Both the position numbers and the translations under genes were made by a program. The notes under the pieces are model-generated. The model was given only the letters and a program-made list of their open reading frames with translations. It searched no databases and was not told where the DNA came from. From Octopus sinensis (taxonomy: Eukaryota), in NCBI RefSeq assembly GCF_006345805.1, contig NC_043015.1, positions 9,610,001 through 9,674,000 of the forward strand: 64,000 nucleotides of DNA, given 5' to 3'. Shown here piece after piece: positions 24,090 through 35,930 of this stretch; position 1 is the first letter of the stretch, and every line of letters begins with the position of its first letter.

Positions 24090-25740
24090 ATATATGGATA
24101 AAAAAAATGAAGTTAACGCAGGTGTAATCAAATATTTTTACTTTCGACACATGTTTCGAAAATTCCACTGATACTATTCAAAAGAATAAATGGTATAAAC
24201 AAAGCAATCTTCTCCTCAGGAAAGTGAAAAAACGAAACTCGTCAATAAGACATTTTAGCAAAAAATGATGGATTTGTATAGCGATAGACAGACCGCTCTT
24301 AATATTGTTTAAAAAACGTTATATGATATAACGTCATAAGTAGCTAACAGAAAGAGTAGGGATATTAATAGTGAATGTTATATATAAAGGAAATTAAAGT
24401 TTAAATTATATATAATGATAGAGACTACTTATATGCACTAAATGTATGTTTTTGCCAATGCTTACATCTTTTTGCTCGCTCTATAACCGTGTTTACTAGA
24501 GTATTTTTAGAAACAATAATGAAAAATAGCTTAGAATTGCAGAGAAGACAGAATTTCTTGCCTTTGTCAAATGGCATCGAAATTGAGAGAATCAACCATT
24601 CTAAATGAAATTTTCGTTGTAGTCTTTTAAATCCCAAATCAGTTTGCTGAGACCGGTACTATTCCGTTTATTTCTATCCCTAAATGTTGAGTAATGGATA
24701 GACATTTTTTTAGATAACTCTAACGATGTGCTTCCAATGTAAAATCGTACTTCATTACGAGTACTGATTATGCACTGGTATATATAATTTTTTAATCTTA
24801 GAGTTACTTGACAAAAACTTAATTCTATTGAAATTGACTTCATATACAATAACCTTGTTATTAATATTTCTAGAGGGTTGGATGGTATTAGCTAAATTAA
24901 TGTTAGTATTAGTAAATGTATTAATAGTTAACAGTTTGTTATTATGAGAAGAGATAATTCGCAAGAGATTTTTTCTGTTTGAAAAACCTATCCTACCCTT
25001 ATGTGAATTGATTATAGAGTAATATCTAGAATTGTTTGGAAAATTCCTAGCAATAGCTTGACGAAACAGCAGTGGGAGATTAGATTTAATTTCTCTCCCG
25101 TAAGGAATTATTAACCAAATATTTTTACTAGTATTCATAGCGTAATTACTTTTGAAGGTGTTATATTTACTTTTAGATCGATAATAGGGGATTAAATAAG
25201 GTTTATCTGTCTTCATTCGCTTTGTATTGGTGCGAAAGTTATGTTTGTTATCAATAATTCTTTTACGACTAGAAATCTTATCTACATTATTGAATTTACA
25301 TTTAGACTGAGCAGAATCAATGTAGAAAATTTTCTCTGTATAACCTGCTTTGATTAAGGCAGAGTTATAGAATTCAGCGTTGTTATTGAAAATATCAACA
25401 TTAGCAGATAATTTAGATAACCTAAACTAGATATTCTTAACTAAGTTCTTAGTAATTGCTCCAGGATGATTACTAAATTTGCTAATGTACTTAAGATTGG
25501 TCAACGGTTTACGATATGGGAAGTAAGAGTCACTGTGTAAATTAAGCGTAATATCTAAAAAGTTGGCCTTCGTCATATCGTCATCAAAAACGATTTTTAA
25601 GCCCATTCTACTGAAAAAATTAACTAAATTAATCTTAACTTGTTGTACCTTTTGGTTGGAAACATTTTGGAGGTAAAGTAAACAATCATCGCGATATAGA
25701 CCTCCATAAATGTTAGGGAACTCTTCAGGCAGTTCAAAAC
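24090..25740 (-). mobile_element. Penelope-like retroelement (Naiad-like), 5' truncated: RT C-terminal half, GIY-YIG endonuclease and hammerhead-bearing 3' repeat
   Basis: GLYRDD (25684-25701), NFLDITLNL, PYRKP, YISKFSNHP, FYNSALIKAGY; YIYQC...YIGST...H..TF..LSKLIW.LK; CLLC...RCKH. One in-frame TAG and two frameshifts are seen. Confidence 0.9.
24140..24225 (-). ncRNA. Type I hammerhead ribozyme at the 3' end of the PLE
   Basis: Stem I ACUUUC/GAAAGU; core CUGAGGA; stem II GAAGAUU/AAUUUUC; GAAA; stem III ACAUGUGU (one change from a palindrome); GUC triplet. Confidence 0.85.
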
Positions 25741-25879
25741 GAATATATATATATTCAACGTAAACACGTTTCTACCTTTATAAACAAGGAGTTACAACAC
25801 ATTTATTTGTGAGATTTTTGCTGCCCTGGTAACTATTTATTTTTTTCCGTGTTAGTTGTTAACAAGTAAAAATACACTC

Positions 25880-25918
<39 letters not shown>

Positions 25919-25930
25919 TATATATATATA

Positions 25931-26039
25931 GTCTTTTATTTGATTCAGCCATTTGCTGCGGCCATGCTGGAGCACTGCCTTTAGTCGCACAGATCGATCC
26001 CCGGACTTATTTTGTCCGGGGATGGTTGCGGGGGACAAG

Positions 26040-26070
<31 letters not shown>
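25931..26070 (-). mobile_element. SINE family 1, internally deleted tail fragment
   Basis: ctgcggccatgctggagcac.gcctttagtcg matches 4928-4960. Confidence 0.75.
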
Positions 26071-26082
26071 CACACATGCATG

Positions 26083-26135
<53 letters not shown>

Positions 26136-26269
26136 CATAAAAGAATAACCAGAGATGGCTTAAATAAAATGTTTTCCTTGTTTTTGCATATTCTTCATTC
26201 CTGTTTCGTGATAGTTTCTCATTTGATTTATCTTCCCGGCAGCCCGCTGTCAGACGACCATGCCGTTTG

Positions 26270-26433
26270 GTATTATTATTATTATCATTATTATTGTTAT
26301 TATTATTATTAGTAGTTGTAGTAGTAGTCGTAGTAGTGGTGGTGGTGGTGGTGGTGGTGGTGGTGGTCTTGGTGGTGATGGTGGTGGGGGTGGAGGTGGT
26401 AGTAGTAGTAGTTGTAGTAGTAGTAGTAGTAGT

Positions 26434-26482
<49 letters not shown>
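26270..26482. repeat. Compound trinucleotide microsatellite (ATT-AGT-GGT-AGT-ATC)
   Basis: Direct reading. Confidence 0.95.
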
Positions 26483-26483
<1 letters not shown>

Positions 26484-29400
26484 ACATCTGAGAGTTTGAG
26501 GTAACTTTTACTTGTCCGGGTTGGTCACTTCCCACACTTTCGAATTACCAGGATATGTTTCAGCGAGCTTCTTTCGAAGATGTATTAAATCTGTAAACAT
26601 TGCCAATCAAGACTTAAGAAACCGCAAAAAATAAAGAAATTGTTTCTATTGAAATTATTTCAAGAAATCGAAAGATTTCATTCATAAACGAAATATATAA
26701 AGCAGAATGTCTACCAAGAATACGTATCAAAGCGTAAGCTAAATGAAGAAATGCGAAATGCGTATAGAGGAGAACTTCGAACAAAACTCTGAGTATGACT
26801 ATCTATTACATATGCATTACCATTTCCACGCATAAACACATGTTGTTTTTTGCTTACACATCAACAAATTTAATGCTTCTAAAATTCACACAATAGAAAT
26901 TTCACACAAAATAATTCACTCAAAAAAATTTCTCGCGCTCGGGATTGAAATGACTTCGATAAAAAAAAAAAAGGAAGCAGCTTCATTCTTAACTGGAAAT
27001 GTATAGCTGATACGCCAAGGTGTTAAAGCTAAAGGAAGAAATGAATTGCGCTGAATTTCGTCAGGTGGACCTCAAGCAATCATATTAAGAAGCTTTCAGA
27101 GGCGGAGTCTAGTCAAAACGTTTAACGCTGTCAAAACGTCAACGTACCATCGCTAAAAATCACTGCCAAAACGAAATCCAAGAGGAAAAGGGAATGATGT
27201 GCAGATGACTACAAAACTGAACCGCTATATGCATTCTACTATGTAATACTATACGCAAACACAATGATAAAAGAATCATTTGAGAGATGAATGAAAATAA
27301 TATATGTATGCGTGAAAATATAGAATTGCAAACCTCCGGCGGAATATCTTACGAGAAGAGGAACGTCCCAAATCTGAAATACACAAACTCATACTGTAAA
27401 TATCCAATGAAGTGAACATTCCTCACACTTATTCTACAGGCCTGATATCCAGACAAATTGTACTACACGCACAAAACACTGTAGAAACATTAGTACAAAA
27501 CCTCAAATCAAACCCATAACAAAACATACTGGTGGAATATAATCCCGGGAAGTGTTTCTATTTCGCACAAACGACAAAATATCATCATCATCGTCATCAT
27601 CATCATCATAATCATCCTCATCCTCCTCATCATCATCATCATCATCATTATTATTATTATATTATTATTATTATTATTTTAAGTAGTAGTAGTAGAAGTG
27701 CTAGTGGTAGTAGTAGTAGTGTCATTAATATTGTTATCATTATTAGCAGCAAATGCCGCATCGTTGAGCATATACTGTTTGATGAAAATGCTTTTTTTTT
27801 GTTTCTGTTTATACAGAAAGATCGATTATTCTTCTCCTGAAGAAATAATCAAATTCTTTTTCTTCAAAGTTTACGTTTTTTATATCCTGTTATTTAAATA
27901 GTGCAGCCTGTGATAAGTGTATATTAGTTTAAATAATATTCGAATTATTTTTGAAGCTTTTTATCCAACATATACATTTAAAATATCGAGGTCACATTCC
28001 AGAAAAAGGTTAACAGAAGCAGACATTAAAAAGGCGACATTTTATATTAATATGATTTTCTATGAAAACTTCGATGTTTGAAGGTGAAATTGTCTTCTGT
28101 ATCTACAGTGACTATATACGTTTAAAGGTGAGTGATACTACTTTCAATTTTGTTCGTATATATTATAACAGACAACGCGTTTTTGTTTTTATGTTTCATA
28201 ATCTTTATCCAGTTTATTTAGATACACTTTATCTGCTATAAAATGTAGAACAACCGATGTAATATCGCTGATATTTTTGACATTATGCAGCTTATTTTTC
28301 TTTCTATGAGTGTATAACATTATTATTTCATAATACGTATCCTCGTAAACGAGCTACATTCAGTAAATGTTATACATACATACATATACATGTGTGTTCG
28401 TGTGTATCTGTGTCTGTATGTGTAAATATGTATGTATGATTGCTTGTATTTATGAATAAGACTTCTGAAGATATTAATACAAAAAGTATTAAGATGTACT
28501 ATAGTGAGTACATGATGGTGGAAATTCGAGAGTTAATTTTTCTGGAGTATTGTGTTCCGATATTTAGTTTATGAATCGTACGAACCTTGAATTTAATTCT
28601 AAGGTTCGAGACTCCTAAGTTTGGAGGGAATTTCCTCACTTAAAATCTATGAATACAATTTATAATAGAGTGATCAGAATAACGAACTTTACTGAATGGT
28701 CATTTCTTCATAGATTGTATAAGGATTTTTAAATGCATTCTTTAATGGCTTTCTCACGAGACAGAATAAAACAATGCATGAATGTTTTGGAGGGATCACA
28801 CGACAGGTAAAAGAAGCGGACGTTGTTAATAGGGAAACGAAGACATGGTCTGAGTCTCCACCACTGAAAACAACTGAGTGTCAAGTGATCATTTTCACAG
28901 AAATTTTGCCGGCCAAAATTCAAAGTCAATGATATTTTTTATCCTGCATTTTAGTTGTCGTACGTTTTCCCAAATTGTGGTAGTCGTAAATTGGACGCGA
29001 AACCGCTTTCTAACAAAGTACTTCTTCTTAAACATAGATATAAGTGAATCGAATCCCTACTCTAATTGCGTTTGTGTCATTATTTAAACTAGAAAATGTT
29101 GAAAGTGAAACAAAAATTGCATTGAAAATAAATACATATGTTATTGATGAGAGTGAAAGTTAATGATAAAACTCTAATTAGGAACAAAGCTGAAACGGAT
29201 TGAGATTATCTTTGAAGGAGCACACAAAATATATTCCAAAATACATTCGGGTCCCTTTGTGATTCAAGATAAGAAGGAAGACAACAATGCATATCTTAAT
29301 AACAAATACAGAACGAGATCCGAGTGGGGTGGATTTAATTTATTCCATACGTTTCCTTTCATACATATATTTGAGTTTACTTTGAAATGGGTGCATAACT

Positions 29401-31622
29401 GAAACATGTATATTAATGCAGAAGCGATATTAGATTTCATCACTATGTGATCAATTGTAATCCCGTTTGTAAGAATATTGTTTGAAGTTTTATACGTGCC
29501 ATTATGTAATTTTCCTCTTTAGATAAGACACATCTTTTTTGAAAATATATGGATGAAGATATATGGACACTTGTACAGGTGTTGCATAATATCATTTCAT
29601 TTAAGTTCATTCATGGCGATCCTTTGATACGTCTTACATCAGGGGAGGCAGTTCCCTTCTCATCCACGATTTGTAAGATTAATGCCGTTCATGTTTCTTT
29701 TAAAACGTTATAAAACGAAACCAGCAAAAATGATTTTATAGGAAAAAATATTCTGGTTAGAAATAATCGGCTATAATGCATATTGTGGCTCTAGGGAGAA
29801 GTGAGGAGACGAGCTGAGCTAATCTGCGAACATATGGAAGAGGAACACAGTAACTGACTCAAAGGAACAAAGGCAAAACTAGTACAGTTAGAGAAGTAAC
29901 AATGCCTTGATGATTGGGCAGAATCTACCTTGGAAATATGAATGCTGTTCTATTAATTCACAAAGAGGTTTTTTTTGGATGAGGTCAAACATGCATTTAC
30001 ATGTAATAAATGCACTGTCCAAGCAAAACTATTAATTTTCCGTAACACAAAGCCACATGCCAACGCATATGTGACAGTAATACAAATGCATGTTTCTCCC
30101 TCAATAAGCGTTCTGCTATGTGCATATAAATATATACATTTACTTTTGCGAATGCTATGTTGATTCGTTGCATGTACAAACAAATGAGCTTTAGCACTTC
30201 TAATACTATATGCACTAATTCTACTAACTACACTCGTCTATACTGAGACCGTTTTCTGTAACCACTCTTAATACTACGTTGATTTGCAATCCTAAAAGGA
30301 GTATCTACCTCAAACACGTAAGTCCCTCTTTGTGTTGTCTATACCACTATAAACAGGTATTTCATGTTCAAGCTCAAGAACTGGCCGCCCTAGTTACGTT
30401 ACAATTGTCATCATATTATATAAATGAACCGTTTACAAGCAAATAAAGGCGACAGCACATCCGACATTTGAGTACGTCTTTCCCAGGTTAAGTGTCTTTC
30501 CGTTCACCTCATATTTTATACCTGAAGACTACCATCCTCTGTTACTTACACCTCCAATCTTGACATTAATTTTTGTTCCAACCCTCTCACATACTGTTTT
30601 TCTCTTACGGGTAACATCTTATCATGAATGATGACCACTGCATGGAACGGATTTAACTCTACATATTACTCTTAGGATATGCATCTTCTTTAGAAACCTG
30701 ACAATATTATTATAATCGCTATATTTAATGTTGTTTCTTCGATTCTCCATCTCGGCCGCACCCTATTTTCATCTTCATCCTTTCGTTCTCTTCTTTCTCG
30801 TTTTGCAGCGTTTTTTCAAGCACATTCTACTTTTTACACACATACGTAAATACATATATTTACATGTATGTATGCATGCATATATACATACATACATAGT
30901 TATGGTCATACATAATACATGCAAACACATAAATACACATGTGTCCATGTGCATCTATGCCCGTGTCTGCTTTTGCGTATATATATATATATATTATTAT
31001 TACTTAAATGTATCGTTTGTGAAAAGCGGTCTTCGAAGGACCTTCAGAAAAGTGAACCGAACCGAACATAATCAGGTTAAGTGCGATAATATAACTATTG
31101 AGAAGTGCAGTTAAAACGGAAAAGCCAAGCTAAAACCCAGTTGAATAATATAATATTGAAGATACTGTATATCCTGCAATATCCCGTTTTGCTATTCTGT
31201 GAACTATTTAATCTCGTTAAAATTCTTCCTTCAAAGGAAGAAAAGAAACATTCGAAATTTATAATCTTATCGAAGTTACACTGCAACGACCATGAATCTC
31301 TGCAGTGATTTTACACAAAATATTTTGCATTAATTTCAGTACGTTGGTCTGTTACACATTTATGGGTCTCTCCAATGTAATTCCTGTCATATTTCATATT
31401 TCCCATTTAAAGGAGATTTTTTTATTCTTTACCAATGTTTCAATATAGCGGGATTTACTATAGCTGATTCAATGGCAGTAGTGTATTTTGTTTCCTTTAT
31501 TTATTCGTGTCATCATTTGAATTTTCTGTTTTAAAGTATTCATTGAGATTCAATAAATAATTTCAATACAGCTGTGTTATATATGTAGTGAGACAAGAGA
31601 GTTATCGTGTATTAGCACAGTT

Positions 31623-32003
31623 CAGGCGGTGAACTGCCAGAAACGTTAGCATGCCGGGCGAAATTCTTAGCGGTGTTTCGTATGCTGCTACGTTCTGAAT
31701 TTAAATTTCGCCGAACACGGCCTTGCCTTTCATCCTTTCGGGGTCGAATATATAAGTACCAGTTACGCACTGGGGTCGATATAATCGACTTAATCCGTCT
31801 GTCTGTACTTGTTCGTCTCCTCTGTGTTTAGCTCCTTGTTGGTAGTAAAGAAATAGGTATTTCGTCTGCCGCTACGTTCTGAGTTCAAATTCCACCGAGG
31901 TCTACTTTGCCTTTCATCCTTTCGATATAATCGACATAATTCCTTTGTCAGTCCTTGTTTGTCCTCTCTGCGTTTAGCCCCTTGTGTGTAATAAAGAAAT
32001 AGT
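31623..32003 (+). mobile_element. tRNA-derived SINE, family 3, partial dimer with 15-bp target-site duplication
   Basis: TSD tgtattagcacagtt at 31608-31622 and 32004-32018. The core ctttgcctttcatcctttcg is present twice; a resemblance to the Nin/Deu-type SINE domain is recalled, not verified. Confidence 0.85.
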
Positions 32004-32669
32004 TGTATTAGCACAGTTGTGCTATGACAACTTCAGCTAATCATAGTGTGCCTCGTGTTACTACACACAGAAGGCATCTGTCCAGCGGTAATCGCGTCAT
32101 TATTTATTTAGCAGAAGACTTCGTGGCGAGTAACAGCAATTCTCGGTCAGTCATTGAAAGGACTGACGTCTAACAGTGTTTCCTCAGCACAGTATGCTAC
32201 TGTTCATTTAAGATATCCTCGCCAACCATTCTATATACATCGTATTACCTTTACCATGTGTCCTTAAAACACATCGCTACCTGTAACAACGAAATGTTTG
32301 ACTTTGCATATCATATGTTGGTGGTCGATAAAATAAGTACCATTTGTGCACTGGACTGAATAAAATCGACTTAACCTTTTATTCGAATTTCTTGCCTTGT
32401 GCAAAAATTTGAGACGGATTATTCAACTTTTGGGGAAAACAACTATTTTCTTCGATATGCGGATCCTCGTTTTATACATTAGAATAATATTATAATTCAT
32501 TTCCGCTATCGAGCGCTGAGGTATGAATTACTATAATTTTGTCAGTTTCAGGCAAGGAGAAACACGATCGCAACGGAATACGATATGAATCAAATAATGA
32601 ACTGTGTGTTAATTTCAATACGTCGTTTCATGCAATTTCCAGGTTTCTCTACGCTTTAGCTACATATAT

Positions 32670-32726
<57 letters not shown>

Positions 32727-32781
32727 TGTGTGTGTGTGTGTGTGTATGTGTGTGTGTGTGTGTATGTGTGTGTGTGTGTGT

Positions 32782-32818
<37 letters not shown>

Positions 32819-33629
32819 CTTTGTATATCCGTTAATGTGTTTTGACATCTGAGTGTGCCCTTTTGAAATGAAGATATTTGTATATTGCAGAAGAATGCCA
32901 TAGAAAAAGAATCCTTCAACCTTCACATCCTTTCATTTTCCAACTTCACTTTGCGACGATTTTCTATTTTTCCTTTTCCAAATCCGTATTGAATAGACTC
33001 TAATTGTAAGTGAAATCCTCTATGACTTACATACGTAAGGAAATAAGCAATGAATATCCAGACTGTCAATGGTAAAATTACAGAAGTATGCATTAACATT
33101 TATCTCGATCGATTTTCATACAAAATCTCATAAAGACATGTATAAAATTTATAAAGGTTGAACAAACGCGCGTGATACACGTACACGCCCATATGCATAC
33201 ATGTAAATTTTATGTTTAATTATATACATGTTTACATATATAACTTTTCTGTAGACTGCATGCATATCATTGTGGGGTATTGATACATAGTTTACAATAA
33301 GTTTGTAAACCATATATTCCAACACAAACACACATTTGCACTCACGTGAACACATGCACAAACACACACAAACACACACTCTCACTTATACACATACATG
33401 TATTCTAATATATTTTCTTATATTACGAAGGAAACTAAATGCTGTGATAGAAAGAAATGTTTCTCTGTTACATGTAAAAGGTTTCCTTACATATTTTCCA
33501 TGTCTGTCTCAAATTGCAATCATTGAGGACTCTATTCGTGACGTAAATATCAGTTGCTATAGCCCCTGTTCTTCGTGCTGCCAGTAGAATTTATGGCAAC
33601 GGCACAGCCACTGAAAAACTCGGAATTTT

Positions 33630-33890
33630 GAAAAAAATTCATCAGCTTCAGCATGACGATCGTCGAAGGATAATGAACGACATGGTTAATGCAGTCGGTT
33701 TGTACAGTAAATCCTAATATCTGAAATGAACATGCGGCATATGTCCTCAGCTTGCTCTCTCTGCAGAAAGAACATCGCGTCGATGTCTGTCACAAACCCT
33801 GCCAGCGTGTCGCGAATAACCCATCATTCATGCGAGGATACTCAACAGTGACGAGTGATAGGCGTATGGTTATGGCTGTGAGACGAAAAG
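33630..33890 (+). mobile_element. Decayed mariner transposase fragment
   Basis: KIHQLQHDDRR..VNAVGL, ILISEMNMRH, QKEHRVDVC...NPSFM and RILNSDE**AYGYGCETK parallel mariner 'L..DRR....IA..VG...IL...L.M.K...QK..RV..C......F...IITGDETW.YGYD.ETK'. Confidence 0.7.
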
Positions 33891-35169
33891 CTTAAACTTT
33901 GCTCTAAAACGAGGTGTAGTCGTTTCCACCAACTGCATTTAATTGGACAAGGCAATCATTACATATGTTTAATGCAGAGTAGTACACAGCTACATAAAGA
34001 CACAGAATTTATTTAAATTAAAACAGATGGACACATTAGTATAATTTAGATATACAAGTTAACGTCTTGTTTTTCTGGCCTTAGATATACAAAGATTTGT
34101 TAAACTAGTCTATAAATTAAAACAGACCTCATAAACAGTAACAAACAAATTCTGTAATAGGTCTTTCTTCCTGATAACTTAGTAGCTTTTAAGCTGAAGT
34201 GAAGATAGCATTATAACATGTGTAACATCTCCTCAGTGTCACCAGGACTAAACTACAGACTATAATGAGCTAAAAATTGAATCAGAAAAGAAATGCGAAG
34301 AGTCAAGAAGGAAGCTTGTAACAAACGTAAAAGTTTAAAAAACGACAAAGGGAAATTTTATCATAAACAATGAAAAATGTAAAGACTTATTTCCCTTCGA
34401 CCTTAAAGAATAAGGATGGAAATAATAGCGGCAAATTAAGCTGGCATAAGCGGAATTTTCCAATTCTTCAAAGGGAACTTTCGCACATGTTTACAACCGT
34501 TGAAAATTTCAGACTAAGAGTTCTGTAGTGAGATACGGATCATAGATATAAAAGGTTCTGAGCTCTTTCAGCTGAGCATATCTTACATGTATTTATTCCT
34601 TTACCATAATGTGTGGATTAGTCGATTGTTTTCCGCCTGATCGTTTGTGGTGTTGAGTTAGATTTCAAACTCAATACGTGGCTAGCCGCAGGTACAGGAA
34701 AATATTAAAGAGGCTTTCCCTTAAATTATCATATACCCGCTGCTCCAATATGACGAATATAATTACATGTGGTCCACACCATCGCCATCATAAACAACAA
34801 CTACCACGATGGCACAGCGTGGGCGAACAAACAAGCACAGTAAATTCCAAGAACAGTACAAAAATGTCGGGCCAAAGGGCAGCCGCAGTTGCATAAAGAT
34901 AGGGGATGGAGGTGTGTGGGGGTCATAGTGCTACTAAAGGCAATGACATAGGCACACACAAACACACATGAACACACTTGATCTCAGACGCATGCGCATA
35001 TAAGGACCCACATGATAGAAGAAACGCAACGGAATAAGAAGAGCAAGTGCACACACGAAGACAAAAAGTGTCACTGAGGAGTTTAGGGACATGTGAACAG
35101 AGATATGCGGACAGTGGATAAGAGTTCGAATAAAAACAGCAATAAATGTGTGAAGAACGAATATATATA

Positions 35170-35211
<42 letters not shown>

Positions 35212-35271
35212 CTATATAGATATATATAAGTGTATATATATATATATATATATATGTGTATATATATATAT

Positions 35272-35335
<64 letters not shown>

Positions 35336-35528
35336 TATATATACACACTTATAGATATATATATATATATATATATAGTGCGTGTGTTTATTTGGCAAAA
35401 ACAAAACAACCATCCGAAAATACACCAATATATATACGTATACGATTATAAGATGCTGAAGTTCATTGCATAACATTTGGTATTCCCTTGTCGTGTATAT
35501 AACTAGTTTTTATATATATAATATATAT

Positions 35529-35562
<34 letters not shown>

Positions 35563-35580
35563 ATATATATATATATATAT

Positions 35581-35805
35581 CTTTTATTACTCTATTCTTT
35601 TACTGGTTCCAGTAATTCGACTGCAGCCATGCAGGGGCGCCACCTTTAGTCGAAATAATCGAGCTCACAACTTATTTCTATAAGCCTATTTCTTATACTA
35701 CCGGTCTATTTTGCCGAACTGCTAGTTTACGGGGACGTAAGCACACCGACATCAGTTGTCATGCGATGGTGGGTTTACAAACACAGACACACAAACATAT
35801 GCATG

Positions 35806-35884
<79 letters not shown>

Positions 35885-35930
35885 GACGGTTTCCGTGCAG
35901 TCTTTGTTTACCAAATCCACTGAAAAAGAT
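35581..35930 (-). mobile_element. SINE family 1, lacking the tRNA head, with expanded (CT)n(TA)n
   Basis: gactgcagccatgc...ttttgccgaac.gcta.gttt acggggacgtaa...acaaacacagacacacaaac...atacgac...accaaatccact is colinear with 4901-5160. Confidence 0.75.

Noticed and set aside
24820-24860. TGT-ATA-TGA (C-I-stop) upstream of the GIY-YIG motif, a possible selenocysteine CxU as known for some Naiad elements
   Set aside because: It lies in a third frame with other stops, its spacing to the next Cys does not fit, the downstream Cys residues are ordinary codons, and the ATGA in the 3' region sits in a simple palindrome rather than a SECIS fold.
28723-28932. Stop-free 70-codon frame (GFLNAFF...SESPPLKTTEC) as a possible exon
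   Set aside because: The good acceptor upstream leads to stops in all three frames, and the peptide has no recognisable motif.
29637-29700. Minus-strand GTAAGA donor with an upstream AG
   Set aside because: The implied 59-nt exon has stops in all three frames.
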